Of a DNA stretch of 64,000 nucleotides, positions 54,239 to 64,000 are shown one piece after another. The translations under genes were made by a program, and so were the position numbers. Position 1 is the first letter of the stretch. Every line of letters starts with the position of its first letter. The stretch is taken from assembly GCA_964343195.1 (NCBI GenBank), contig CAYFIR010000007.1:14696-78695 (forward strand). Reading direction: 5' to 3'. Source of the DNA: an uncultured Bacteroidia bacterium. GTDB taxonomy: Bacteria > Bacteroidota > Bacteroidia > J057. The notes beneath the pieces are model-generated. The model saw only the letters and a program-made list of their open reading frames with translations, searched no databases and had not been told where the DNA came from.

Positions 54239-55495
54239 TTAATAGTGGCAGCGAGCGCAGTTAAGGCCACCCATGTCCGCAACGGTCATGTCTGTAGCTT
54301 CGCCCAGTACTTTCACATTTTCGGTTCGGTGACAGTTAATACACCAGCCCATGCCCAAGTCGGAGTACTGATATACCACATCCATCTCTTCAACAGGACC
54401 GTGACAGGTCTGACACTCCAGGTCTCCTACCACAACGTGTTGTGCGTGGTTGAAATAAGCGTGATCGGGCAGATTGTGAATACGCACCCACTCGATTGGC
54501 TTCTCCTCGTAGTTCTCAATGTAGGCAAACGCCTCGGGGTCCCATCCGATGGACTCATATATCTTGGAGATTTGCTCACGCGAGTACTCTGTACGCTCAG
54601 CATCACCAGGATACTCCTTGGCCTGAATCTGCTTGTGGCAGTTCATACAAACGTTGGCACCAGGAATCCAGGCATTCTTGGACTTGTATGTACCAGAGTG
54701 GCAATACTGACAGTCAATCTGGTATTCACCTGCGTGAAGTGCGTGGCTAAATGCGATGGGCTGCTCAGGCATATAGCCCTGATGCAGGCCGATGGTCCGT
54801 GCTTCAGTGATCCATTTTGCCAGGCCACCCACAAGGGCGATGGTGATAATGGCCGTCAGGACAAACTTGTTGCTCAGCAGCGAACGGGTCTGATTGGCAA
54901 TGGCCATCATGGATAGCGGCTCCTTACCGTCTTTCGCCCTTACTGCAGAAATGAGCGTTGCGGTGATGATCACCAGCAACAGAGAAATGAGAACCAATAC
55001 CCCTACCAGTCCCAGCAGTGCATAGTAAACAGAAGGATCGGTAATAAACCCACCATCGCTAGCGGGAGTGACCTCTGTGGGGGGAGTTTCCGCCACATCG
55101 CCTACCGTGGTGTACTCGAGGATGTCGGCGATCTCGTCGTCGGTAAGAGTTGGGAAAGCCTGCATCTGCTGCTTGTTGTACTGCTCGTACAGGGCAACGG
55201 CTTTTTCATCTCCGGCAGCAATCATGCCTGGAGCATTACGAATCCAGCTGTACAGCCACTCTTCATCGCCAGAGTACTTATCGGCAACACCTCCTAATGG
55301 AGGGCCAACTCGCTGGGCATCGAGAGCGTGACAGGCAGAACAGTTTTGGCGGAATAGGCTCTTGCCATTTTCGGCGTCGGGCTCGGCCATAAGATTAGGC
55401 CCGGCCACTACCGCAAATAGCAGGAACAACGTAGTAAGTATATTACTGAAACCGATACGTCGCATAGCGTGACTGATTTGATCTAGCTGAAGCAA
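54239..55495 (-). CDS. actA: ACIII multiheme cytochrome c ActA, fused to an extra N-terminal monoheme cytochrome c domain (six CxxCH in total)
   Basis: CxxCH motifs: 'CSACH', 'CQYCH', 'CMNCH', 'CQTCH', 'CINCH', 'CARCH'. A TM helix separates the first from the other five. Confidence 0.8.
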   Translation of the reverse strand: MLQLDQISHAMRRIGFSNILTTLFLLFAVVAGPNLMAEPDAENGKSLFRQNCSACHALDAQRVGPPLGGVADKYSGDEEWLYSWIRNAPGMIAAGDEKAVALYEQYNKQQMQAFPTLTDDEIADILEYTTVGDVAETPPTEVTPASDGGFITDPSVYYALLGLVGVLVLISLLLVIITATLISAVRAKDGKEPLSMMAIANQTRSLLSNKFVLTAIITIALVGGLAKWITEARTIGLHQGYMPEQPIAFSHALHAGEYQIDCQYCHSGTYKSKNAWIPGANVCMNCHKQIQAKEYPGDAERTEYSREQISKIYESIGWDPEAFAYIENYEEKPIEWVRIHNLPDHAYFNHAQHVVVGDLECQTCHGPVEEMDVVYQYSDLGMGWCINCHRTENVKVLGEATDMTVADMGGLNCARCHY

Positions 55496-55569
55496 ATGGT
55501 TCTGGTTTATTTCTGAATGAAGACTGAGATGACTTTAGTCTTCATTTGCCGTGCAAATTAATATGACCC

Positions 55570-55590
55570 CCTATCCGAACCAAGGATAGG
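55570..55590. promoter_or_regulatory. Inverted repeat 'cctatcc-N7-ggatagg' upstream of actA
   Basis: Seen directly in the 395-bp AT-rich region between gatB and actA. Confidence 0.3.
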
Positions 55591-55626
55591 CAGAGAAAGA
55601 TATGAAGACTTTCAAAGATTTAGAAT

Positions 55627-55642
55627 CGTTCTAAATAGAACG
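55627..55642. promoter_or_regulatory. Perfect 16-bp palindrome 'cgttctaaatagaacg' upstream of actA (candidate operator)
   Basis: Seen directly: 7-bp arms with a 2-bp spacer, in the act-cox promoter region. Confidence 0.3.
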
Positions 55643-55890
55643 CTTTCCCCTTACAGGCATAGCTCTCCCCGCATGCCAAAAAACAACAAAATCGTCCCCA
55701 GAGACTCCCTGAGCGCAATAATTCCTCCACATCAATAACCCTACATATATACATATTACCAAAATCTAATCAAAAAATATTTTGGTAAAATCTCCCTCTC
55801 ATGAAATTCCCGAGAAACCAAACCACAAACATTTCATCTCTTACGAATATTCACAATGACTTTTGATATTCGAATGGGATTCCTGAAAAT

Positions 55891-57360
55891 TCAGGAATCC
55901 TTCTCCAGTTCCTGCCTCACAACCCTGTTCACGGCTTTGGGATCAGCCTTTCCTTTGAACTCCTTCATCATTTGACCGACAAAGAATCCGGCCAGGTTTT
56001 TCTTGCCCTGACGGTACCGCTTCACTTCATCCGGCATTCTTTCCATCAACTGCTGCATGGCTACGAGCAGTTCATCCTGATCAGTACCTGCCAGAAGCCC
56101 CATCTTCTCCGCCAGTATATTGGGATCTGCCTGAGGAGCCTCCAGGCATGCGGGTAGTAGTTGATCCCTTGCGACGGTGAAGCTGACTTTATCTCCGCTC
56201 ACCAACGCAATCAGCTTTGCCAGATTTTCCTGGGTCACAGGATAGTCAGAGACTTCGATATCATGTTCATTCAAATAGGTCCTCACCGGTCCCAATAGCC
56301 AGTTGGCGGCAACCTTCCCCTCCCCTACCCGATCAGCGAGTTGTTCAAAGTAAGTGGCAAAGGGCAAATCCTCGATCAGGGTCATGGCCTCGTTTACGCC
56401 GATTCCCATTTTGTCCACATATTGGTGAAATCTACTCACAGGCAGTTCGGGCAATGAGACCCGAATTTCTTCTTTCTTTTCCTCCGAAACGACAATGGGC
56501 AGCATATCCGGTTCGGGGAAATAGCGATAATCCTGTGCGGTTTCCTTATCGCGCATGGCGTAGGTTTTTTGCTGTCTGGCGTCCCAAAGGCGGGTTTGCT
56601 GCTGCACCCGGCCTCCTGACTCAATCAGGCCTACCTGCCGCTCGACTTCATACTGAATGGCTCTTTGCAGGAAATTAATGGAGTTGAGGTTTTTCACCTC
56701 CACGCGGGTGCCGTACTCCGTGGCATCCTTTAGCATGACCGAGACATTGGCGTCGCAGCGGAGGTTACCTCGCTCCATGTTGGCATCTGAAACGCCAAGA
56801 TATCGCACAATGCGCCTTACCTCGGACAGCATGGCCCCAGCCTGCTCAGGACTGCGCAGGTCGGGATTGGTTACCATTTCGGCGAGTCCGGTTCCAGCGC
56901 GGTTGAGGTCCACCAGGGTATAATGAGGGTCCTGATCGTGGATGGACTTACCGGCGTCTTCTTCCAGGTGGATGCGGTCAAGATGAACGGAAAAGCTGCT
57001 TCCATCCGGCATCGGCACCTCTACGGTTCCCTTCAGGCAGAGGGGAGCCTGATCCTGGGTTACCTGGTATCCCTTGGGCAGATCGGGGTAGAAATAATTC
57101 TTCCGGTCAAAGTAGCTGTAGGGATTGATTTCGCAGCCCAATGCCAACCCCAGGCGCAGCATCTGATCAATGCAGGCAAGATTGGGATTGGGCAGGGTGC
57201 CAGGATGGGCATAGGTCACCGCAGAAACCGATGAGTTGGGGTCTTCGCCAAAAGACATGCTTTCAGACGCAAACACTTTGGTCTGCGTCTGTAGCTGAAT
57301 ATGTATCTCCAGTCCGATGACCGTCTGGTACTGGGCCAATACCTCTGCAGTGGGTTTCAT
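55891..57360 (-). CDS. gatB: Asp-tRNA(Asn)/Glu-tRNA(Gln) amidotransferase subunit B
   Basis: 'YQTVIGLEIHIQLQTQTKVFAS' (GatB N-terminus), 'KNYFYPDLPKGYQVTQ', and a C-terminal GatB/YqeY domain 'ANWLLGPV...AKLIALVSGDKVS'. The start was trimmed to M21. Confidence 0.9.
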   Translation of the reverse strand: MKPTAEVLAQYQTVIGLEIHIQLQTQTKVFASESMSFGEDPNSSVSAVTYAHPGTLPNPNLACIDQMLRLGLALGCEINPYSYFDRKNYFYPDLPKGYQVTQDQAPLCLKGTVEVPMPDGSSFSVHLDRIHLEEDAGKSIHDQDPHYTLVDLNRAGTGLAEMVTNPDLRSPEQAGAMLSEVRRIVRYLGVSDANMERGNLRCDANVSVMLKDATEYGTRVEVKNLNSINFLQRAIQYEVERQVGLIESGGRVQQQTRLWDARQQKTYAMRDKETAQDYRYFPEPDMLPIVVSEEKKEEIRVSLPELPVSRFHQYVDKMGIGVNEAMTLIEDLPFATYFEQLADRVGEGKVAANWLLGPVRTYLNEHDIEVSDYPVTQENLAKLIALVSGDKVSFTVARDQLLPACLEAPQADPNILAEKMGLLAGTDQDELLVAMQQLMERMPDEVKRYRQGKKNLAGFFVGQMMKEFKGKADPKAVNRVVRQELEKDS

Positions 57361-57533
57361 GGCTGCAAATAACATAGTCTGGGCAAGCCACGCAACCATC
57401 ATGTCTGCATGAGGTGCCACTTTCCCATTCGACCGCTTTATAAAAAGAACCTGAGGCTGGATTTCAGCATAAGGGCGAACCCCTTATCTTACAGCATTCA
57501 TCTCATTTTACCCCCGATACAAATTCTTTTTCC

Positions 57534-60206
57534 ATGCGAAAATACCTACTACTACCGCTGCTCTCGTTGATTCTATCTACCACTTATGGCCAATCCTTCA
57601 CCTCAGACCAGGCCCTGCAGGGCTATGGCGTATTTGGAGACAAGGTGACGTTTATCTTTGATGAAGGAATATATGGCGTAAAGCCCACGCGGGTGGTTGT
57701 CACAGGGGCTTTCCGAAACTGGGATGCCAACATGGGCGTGCCCGGCTGGGAGCTCACGCAAACGGGTCAACAGTGGTTGCTGACCATCGACAATACCGAT
57801 TTCTCCGTCCTGACGCCCAATACTCCCTTTAAGTTTCGCACCGATGACGGCGAATGGATGCAGCCGCCTGCTGAGGCTCCCAACGAAGAGGGCGGAAACC
57901 TCGTGTTCATGCCGCAGGAGGTCGTCATTCCCCTGACTGCTGAGCTAAAGAGTGCTCACCTCATCTGGGCTGAGGTCAATGTGAATCGTCCCCTGACGCC
58001 TGACGCCTATCGCATCACCGACGCCGAAGGCAACGTCATCGAAGTAGCTGGCGTACTCCCCAACGGAGCCAGCACCACCCTGATCACCCCGGCGGAGCCA
58101 CTGGATATCAAGCGGGTATATTTTCTGGAAATCCCTGAACTGGGCGCGAAAGCCCACTGCTCTTTCGATGGCTGGTTTCGCGAGACTTATTCCACCAAGG
58201 AACTCGGTGCCCATATTGACGACGGAGTGACCAGCATCCGGGTATTTGCCCCCAGAGCAGAGAAGGTGAAGGTTTACCTGTATAAAGGCCGCCATGACGA
58301 GAAAGCCTATCAGATCGAAGACATGCAGCGGGATGAGCAGGGGGTCTGGGAAATCACCTTTCCCGAAGACCTGCATGGCACCTACTACGATTTCACGGTA
58401 CACGGAGCCTCCGATCCGGGCAATCATTTCTACGAAACCCATCCAGTCCACATCGGCGATCCCTACGCCCGGGTGAGCGATGACACCTGGGGTAAATGCC
58501 GCATCTGGCACCGCACCACCCCCGCCTCGCCGCTGGCAGAGGGAATCCCGGCCATGGAAGACGTGATCGCCTATGAGGTTCACGTTCAGGACTTTACCGA
58601 CCGCCTGCCAGTCGACGAGGGGCTCAAAGGCACCTTTCCGGCCATGACGATGTCAGGCCTCACCAATTCACGCGGCGAAAAAATCGGCTTCGACTACCTC
58701 CTGGACCTGGGCATCAACGTGGTTCACCTGATGCCGGTGCAGGAATACCTTCACTTTCCCGACGATGACTGGCAGGCTTCTTTCGCAGATGATCCCTACA
58801 TGATCGAGCAAGGCATCAGCGAAGAGAACTACCAGTGGGGCTACCGGACTTCTTTCGCCATGGCGGTAGAATCGAGGTACCGCAGCGCAGGCCAAGAACC
58901 CGGCGAAGAGCGGGAGGAATTTCGCGATCTGGTGCAGGCATTCCACGACGAAGGCATCGCCGTGATCATCGACATAGTCCCCAACCACACGGCGGAAAAC
59001 ATGGATGGTAATTTCTGGCTATTCAACTTCAACGCCCTCGACAAGCTCTACTACTACCGCACCCAGGACTTTGAACACATCGGCGCTTATGGCAATGAAG
59101 TCAAGACCGAAAACCGCCCCATGACGCAGCGTTGGCTCATTGATCAGTGCCAATACTACATCAAGGAATTTGGCATCGACGGCTTTCGCATCGATCTCGC
59201 GGGCCAGGTGGATCAGCAGACGCTCACGGCCCTGAAGGAGGCCATTGGTGAGGATAAGATCGTTTATGGCGAGGCCTGGATCGGCTCCAACGACCCAGCC
59301 TATGAGGCCAACCCGGACTGGGACTGGTACAAAGAAGATTCGCCGATTACCTTCTTCCAGGACGACTCAAGGGGAGCCTATAAAGGGCCGGTTTTTGAGC
59401 TAACAAACATGGACAAAGATCGTGGCTGGGCTGGCGGCAAATGGTCCGAGCGAGACAATGTCATGCGTGGCCTCGCCAATCGCTTTCCGGACGACAAGAC
59501 GCCCCTCAGCGGCATCAGCTACCTCGACATTCACGACAACTTTGCCCTGGCCGATCAGTTTGGCGGACCGGAATTCGACGGACGCACCAGCGTCGATCAG
59601 GACGAATACAAAATCGCCGTTACCCTGCTCTACACCACGCTGGGGCCAATCGTCACCCACGGCGGCTCTGAAATCATGCGCAGCAAGGCCCATGCGCCAC
59701 TGGGCGAAGTGGTCAAGGAAACCGAAGCGGGCTACAAGGTGTACCTCCACGGCTACCGCGACACCTACAACATGCGCACTGCCAACCAATTCGTGTGGGA
59801 GACGGTAGGCCAGACCCCCAGTCGCTCCAACCGGAACGACTACGAGAACATGCTGGCCTTCTGGCAGGGTATGAACCGCTTTCGCCTGAGCGAATACGGA
59901 GCAGTCTTTCGGGTGGCCGAGGCTGTGCCTGAGGGCTACTACCAGTGGATTCTGCCTGAGGATGAAAGCATGCTTGGTTACATCGTCGATGAGCAAGTCC
60001 TGGTGTTGATCAATGCAGACCGCAGCGCCAATTATTTTGAGAATCTGGAACTTCCAGCGGGTGATTGGCACTTAATTGGTACCACTAAGGAGGTTGACCA
60101 TGAGAATGGCGTATCACAAGGGACCGCCCCACAACACATGGAAGGTGGAGAACCGTTTTCCTTCGAAATGGAAGCAACTTCTCTTCTGATTTGGGTCAAA
60201 AAATAA
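57534..60206 (+). CDS. Secreted GH13 (alpha-amylase superfamily, pullulanase-like) glycoside hydrolase with N-terminal beta-sandwich domains
   Basis: Signal peptide. GH13 conserved regions: 'IDIVPNHT' (I), 'GFRIDLAGQ' (II), 'YGEAWIG' (III), 'YLDIHDN' (IV). Confidence 0.8.
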   Translation: MRKYLLLPLLSLILSTTYGQSFTSDQALQGYGVFGDKVTFIFDEGIYGVKPTRVVVTGAFRNWDANMGVPGWELTQTGQQWLLTIDNTDFSVLTPNTPFKFRTDDGEWMQPPAEAPNEEGGNLVFMPQEVVIPLTAELKSAHLIWAEVNVNRPLTPDAYRITDAEGNVIEVAGVLPNGASTTLITPAEPLDIKRVYFLEIPELGAKAHCSFDGWFRETYSTKELGAHIDDGVTSIRVFAPRAEKVKVYLYKGRHDEKAYQIEDMQRDEQGVWEITFPEDLHGTYYDFTVHGASDPGNHFYETHPVHIGDPYARVSDDTWGKCRIWHRTTPASPLAEGIPAMEDVIAYEVHVQDFTDRLPVDEGLKGTFPAMTMSGLTNSRGEKIGFDYLLDLGINVVHLMPVQEYLHFPDDDWQASFADDPYMIEQGISEENYQWGYRTSFAMAVESRYRSAGQEPGEEREEFRDLVQAFHDEGIAVIIDIVPNHTAENMDGNFWLFNFNALDKLYYYRTQDFEHIGAYGNEVKTENRPMTQRWLIDQCQYYIKEFGIDGFRIDLAGQVDQQTLTALKEAIGEDKIVYGEAWIGSNDPAYEANPDWDWYKEDSPITFFQDDSRGAYKGPVFELTNMDKDRGWAGGKWSERDNVMRGLANRFPDDKTPLSGISYLDIHDNFALADQFGGPEFDGRTSVDQDEYKIAVTLLYTTLGPIVTHGGSEIMRSKAHAPLGEVVKETEAGYKVYLHGYRDTYNMRTANQFVWETVGQTPSRSNRNDYENMLAFWQGMNRFRLSEYGAVFRVAEAVPEGYYQWILPEDESMLGYIVDEQVLVLINADRSANYFENLELPAGDWHLIGTTKEVDHENGVSQGTAPQHMEGGEPFSFEMEATSLLIWVKK

Positions 60207-60402
60207 CCTGACTGGCTCATCCAAGTCTATGGGGGCAGTATCATCTCATTGAGCCTGTTTTGCCACGGATAGGATTTTACCCAATTGGCTGTAATATTTG
60301 CATCACAACTGGCTTTTCACGGCCATTGGGGTATCCTATTTTTACCGATTAAAAGCAATACAGTAGTCTGTATCTACGCTCACCTTCCCAACCAGGCTTC
60401 AG

Positions 60403-63327
60403 ATGAATCAATTGCCCAGGGCATACATGAAATGGATGGTGATGTGGCTGTTCACCTTAAGTGGAGCGACACCTGTCCTCATGGCTCATGGGCACTACCC
60501 TGTGGACAGCTACACCCTGTACTGGGATACTACTAACCAGGTCACCATTGAAGGGCTGCTTGCAAAGGGGGCAGATAACCTGTTGACCAGACCGGAAAAC
60601 CAGAGCCTGAACCAGACCGCCCAGCCCTACACCCTCTGGGCTGAAATCGACCTATCCAAAAGCGAGGACATCCGGGACCATTTTCTGGTCATCAACAATC
60701 CCGTGCTCGATCAGGCCAGCTTTTACCTGGTCTGGAAAGATTCCTTGATCAGTACCAGGCAGGTAGGGCCACGGAATCAAACCGATGCGCGCAAGATCTA
60801 TACTCGTACCATTGCCTTTCCCATTACCATTCCAGCTAGCCTGTCTCTCCCCTCCAGGGAGCTCAAATGCTACGTGAGGCTCATAGACGATGAGGAGATG
60901 ACCCTCCCCCTGCTGATTTATCCCAGACAGGAACTGATGGCCAAGGAAGGCAGTGAAATGGGGCTGGTTGGCGTGCTGATCGGAATCCTGCTCATTGCTA
61001 CGCTGGGATACTTTTTCCTGTATTTCAATAGCCGAAAAATATCCACCATCTACACTGCTTTGACCCTGATCTTCAACCTCTTGATGGTGCTGATCACGAG
61101 CGGATTGTTCAGGACTATATTTCCCGGCGTCATAGTTTTCCTGGAGGGTCTGGAGATCATTCTGATTGGCGCCGCAGCGGTGGCTCCCCTCATAATGGTA
61201 GGAAAGACCCACCTTTCTAATAGTCCTGGTACCAAAAAGTGGGTTTTCTCAACCATGTGGGTTTTCCTGGGGCTTTTTCTCATCCCATGGTTCATGTGGA
61301 TTCCCATCAAAATAGGATACATCCCAGCGGCAGAAATCCGGGCTTATTCCATCCTGGCCTACCAGTTAGGGGACTTCATCTACATTCTATTCTTTCCATT
61401 TGGGCTCTTCTTCATCTATTCTATGTTGAAGAGTCGGGATTTCACCGCCAAAATGTTTGGGCTGGGATTGCTCATCCTCTACATCGGCTCTCAGATAACC
61501 TATACACTTCCTCAACTAGGCGAGTCGCTTAACCTGACTTTCCCACGTGGATTTTATTTTTTGGGAGTTACAGGCTTCGCAGTCAGCCTGCTCATCGGAG
61601 CGGCAAATGGCTTTTTGGTCATTGCCCAGGAGAGGCAACAGGCCATTGCTGCCAAGCTAAAGGCTACGGAAGATATCAGGGAGCTCAACTTTCAGCTACA
61701 GGAGGCCAATGCCAACCTCGAAGAAAAAATAGCCAAGCGAACAGAAGAGCTGTCGGTAGCAAAAGAAGCCGCAGAAACCGCTGCCAAGGCAAAGTCGAGC
61801 TTCCTCGCAACCATGAGCCACGAGATTCGCACTCCCATGAATGGGATCATCGGCATGGCAGATCTGCTAGATCAGACGCATCTCGACGAAGACCAGCGGG
61901 ACCAGCTTTCCATCATCCGCAATAGCGGCGAAACCCTGCTGACCATCATCAACGACATCCTGGACTTTAGCAAGATCGAATCCGGTAAACTGGAATTGGA
62001 AAAGGTGCCGCTGGAACTCGCCAAGGATGTTGAAGAAGTACTGGAACTATTTGGCCCCGTCGCCAGAGACAAGAAACTGGACCTGCTCTACGAGATTGAC
62101 CAGTCCGTACCGCGTGGCATCGTGGGAGATCCCATTCGCCTCAAACAGGTGCTCTCCAACCTGATCAGCAACGCGGTCAAGTTCACCAGCGAAGGAATGG
62201 TCCTCTTGCAGGTCAAATGTACCCACTTGAAAGAGAGTGAACATATCATCCACTTCGGTATCTCCGATACGGGCATCGGCATCGAGGAAGAAAAACTGGA
62301 ACAGCTCTTCCAGCCATTCCAGCAGGTGGATACCTCTACCACCCGGCAGTTTGGCGGTACGGGACTGGGGCTGGTCATTTCCCGGCGCCTCGTCAGCCTG
62401 ATGGGGGGAGAAGTGGGGGTCAAAAGCCAAGTGGGCCATGGCTCTGAGTTCTATTTCTCGATTCCAACCCAAGCAGTAGCAATAGAGGCAGCGGAATGGG
62501 CTTCGGACTGGCTACTGGATAAAGGGTTGAACGCCCTGGTGGTGGACGACAACGAAGTCAACCTGAATATCCTGGAAAAACAGCTCAAGGCCTTTCAGAT
62601 TAAGTCCCAGTTGTTCTCTTCACCTCATCAGGCTTTGGAGTCATTGGAGAAAGAGAGCTTTGACTTCATCATCACCGATTATCACATGCCCCTGATGGAT
62701 GGGTTGGAGTTTGCCCAGAAGTGCAAAGCACAACTACCCGATACCCCCATCCTCATGCTAAGCTCAGTTGAGGGGGTACACAAGTTGCCCGGGGCACAGC
62801 AGGCCCTCGACGAATTTCGGCTCAAACCCACCCGTTACCGCAATCTGATGCGGACCATCGGACAGTTGCTGGGTCAGACGCCCGAACGTACAGAGGTGAT
62901 TCCCAAACCGGCTCCCACCCACCTGGGGCAGGATTTACCTCACATACCCCTCAATATCCTGCTGGCCGAGGACAACCTCGTCAACCAAAAAATTGCCCGA
63001 CGAATGTTTGGCAAACTGGGCTACCAGCCTACTGTCGCGACCAATGGACAGGAAGCCCTGACCTTGTTGGCAGAAAGGTCCTACGACATGGTGTTCATGG
63101 ACATGCAGATGCCAGTTATGGACGGCATAACCGCTACCCGGGAAATTCGCAAAACTCACCTCGCAAAGCACCTGCCGATCATCGCACTGACCGCCAACGC
63201 ACTGGAAGAAGACCGGGAAGCCTGCCTCGCAGCCGGGATGAATGACTACCTGGCCAAGCCCATCAAACCGGCGGCCCTCCAGCAGATCATCCACAAATGG
63301 ACGAATCCCGAGCAACAGATCTCTTAG
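60403..63327 (+). CDS. Hybrid sensor histidine kinase with a 7TMR-DISMED2 periplasmic domain, 7TM, HisKA, HATPase and two receiver domains
   Basis: '[10 protein letters not shown]...[18 protein letters not shown]' (7TMR-DISMED2). Seven TM helices. '[19 protein letters not shown]' (H-box). '[13 protein letters not shown]' (G2). REC aspartates '[13 protein letters not shown]' and '[13 protein letters not shown]'. Confidence 0.85.
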   Translation: MNQLPRAYMKWMVMWLFTLSGATPVLMAHGHYPVDSYTLYWDTTNQVTIEGLLAKGADNLLTRPENQSLNQTAQPYTLWAEIDLSKSEDIRDHFLVINNPVLDQASFYLVWKDSLISTRQVGPRNQTDARKIYTRTIAFPITIPASLSLPSRELKCYVRLIDDEEMTLPLLIYPRQELMAKEGSEMGLVGVLIGILLIATLGYFFLYFNSRKISTIYTALTLIFNLLMVLITSGLFRTIFPGVIVFLEGLEIILIGAAAVAPLIMVGKTHLSNSPGTKKWVFSTMWVFLGLFLIPWFMWIPIKIGYIPAAEIRAYSILAYQLGDFIYILFFPFGLFFIYSMLKSRDFTAKMFGLGLLILYIGSQITYTLPQLGESLNLTFPRGFYFLGVTGFAVSLLIGAANGFLVIAQERQQAIAAKLKATEDIRELNFQLQEANANLEEKIAKRTEELSVAKEAAETAAKAKSSFLATMSHEIRTPMNGIIGMADLLDQTHLDEDQRDQLSIIRNSGETLLTIINDILDFSKIESGKLELEKVPLELAKDVEEVLELFGPVARDKKLDLLYEIDQSVPRGIVGDPIRLKQVLSNLISNAVKFTSEGMVLLQVKCTHLKESEHIIHFGISDTGIGIEEEKLEQLFQPFQQVDTSTTRQFGGTGLGLVISRRLVSLMGGEVGVKSQVGHGSEFYFSIPTQAVAIEAAEWASDWLLDKGLNALVVDDNEVNLNILEKQLKAFQIKSQLFSSPHQALESLEKESFDFIITDYHMPLMDGLEFAQKCKAQLPDTPILMLSSVEGVHKLPGAQQALDEFRLKPTRYRNLMRTIGQLLGQTPERTEVIPKPAPTHLGQDLPHIPLNILLAEDNLVNQKIARRMFGKLGYQPTVATNGQEALTLLAERSYDMVFMDMQMPVMDGITATREIRKTHLAKHLPIIALTANALEEDREACLAAGMNDYLAKPIKPAALQQIIHKWTNPEQQIS

Positions 63328-63950
63328 CCAGACTCTGATTTTAACCCCATGAGCCCACGGTAAGCAGCCTTTCCCTGATCGGTCAGGTAAGGGTACAGGC
63401 CCTCCAATAGCAGTTTTAGGTAATAGGCGAGCTCTCTTTCGGGATGTTGAATCAATTGGGCGTTGATCCAATAGTCCCCCAGGATATTCATTCGCTCGTA
63501 CAGACGCTCGTATTCGCGTTCAAATTCCGGCGGGCGCATGAGCCCCTCTTCGATCAGGCGCTGAAACAGGAACAAAAACTGCTGGCTTCTGCCTTGCTGT
63601 AATTGCTGGTAGTGGGTCCGAATGCGTGGAAACTCCTGCATGATCTTCACAAAATCGATCAGCAGGAAGCGATACCCATACATTTTCTCCATAACTGCCC
63701 GTCCGCTCTGGTACATCAGCAGCAAGCTGGGGGCATCGACCTGGGTTTGCGACATGACCCCGTTGAGTTCCTCCACCAGGCGGAAGTAGAGAGCCTCGAT
63801 CAGGTCTCCCTTGGTCTTAAAATGATAATTGAGATTGCCCTGGCTCATTTCTGCCGCCTGGGCGATGTTCCGAAGCGTGATGTCCGAAGTCCCCTTTTCG
63901 TTGAAGAGCCGCAGCGCGGTGAGCAAAATTTTTTCAGGCGTCTTTTTCAA
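63324..63950 (-). CDS. TetR/AcrR-family transcriptional regulator
   Basis: N-terminal HTH '[47 protein letters not shown]'. 4-bp convergent overlap with the histidine kinase stop. Confidence 0.8.
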   Translation of the reverse strand: MKKTPEKILLTALRLFNEKGTSDITLRNIAQAAEMSQGNLNYHFKTKGDLIEALYFRLVEELNGVMSQTQVDAPSLLLMYQSGRAVMEKMYGYRFLLIDFVKIMQEFPRIRTHYQQLQQGRSQQFLFLFQRLIEEGLMRPPEFEREYERLYERMNILGDYWINAQLIQHPERELAYYLKLLLEGLYPYLTDQGKAAYRGLMGLKSESG

Positions 63951-64000
63951 AATTAGTAAACTTGACCTAAATTTGAGCGTATTATTTTTCAGCTGACCCA

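Overview
A 64 kb window at about 55% GC that looks like a Bacteroidota chromosome. The phylum call rests on a T9SS C-terminal sorting domain, a SusC-like TonB-dependent receptor with a CarbopepD domain, and an ACIII-aa3 respiratory supercluster. No rRNA, tRNA, CRISPR array, integrase or transposase could be supported.

The window has three blocks.

1. Positions ~59-19156: a tightly coupled glycan-biosynthesis locus. Several plus-strand genes share ATGA overlaps, and a convergent minus-strand arm follows. It is built around an ABC-2 exporter (Wzm/Wzt) and carries:
- four GT2 glycosyltransferases, one of them fused to a PIG-L/LmbE deacetylase;
- one GT4 and one putative GT-C membrane glycosyltransferase;
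- five SAM methyltransferases (FkbM, DUF1698/CmoB-like, two class I, TylF-like);
- two paralogous sulfotransferases;
- a Fem/GNAT-like protein;
- a UGM-like FAD oxidoreductase.
The content points to a heavily O-methylated and sulfated glycan. This is the most system-like unusual content in the window.

2. Positions ~19368-37905: a miscellaneous stretch.
- an AAA_21-like ATPase with a degenerate P-loop;
- an FNT channel;
- a small general-stress cluster (CsbD, DUF1328, PLDc_N);
- a T9SS cargo protein and a TonB-dependent receptor;
- an NfeD-like/flotillin pair;
- alkaline phosphatase, an orphan N-acyl-ornithine carbamoyltransferase, MscS, and an MtaB-like methylthiotransferase.

3. Positions 38062-55495: a minus-strand respiratory supercluster in the order actABCDEF, coxB, coxA, ctaA, ctaB, coxIII x2, coxIV, SCO-like, DUF420. 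It has several non-canonical details: the SCO-like protein lacks CxxxC, His-rich tracts sit on three subunits, CoxC carries a hydrophilic insertion, and ActA is a six-heme fusion. It is followed by gatB, a secreted GH13 enzyme, a 7TMR-DISM hybrid histidine kinase and a TetR regulator.

All calls rest on motif-level reading of the translated ORFs. No database search was possible.
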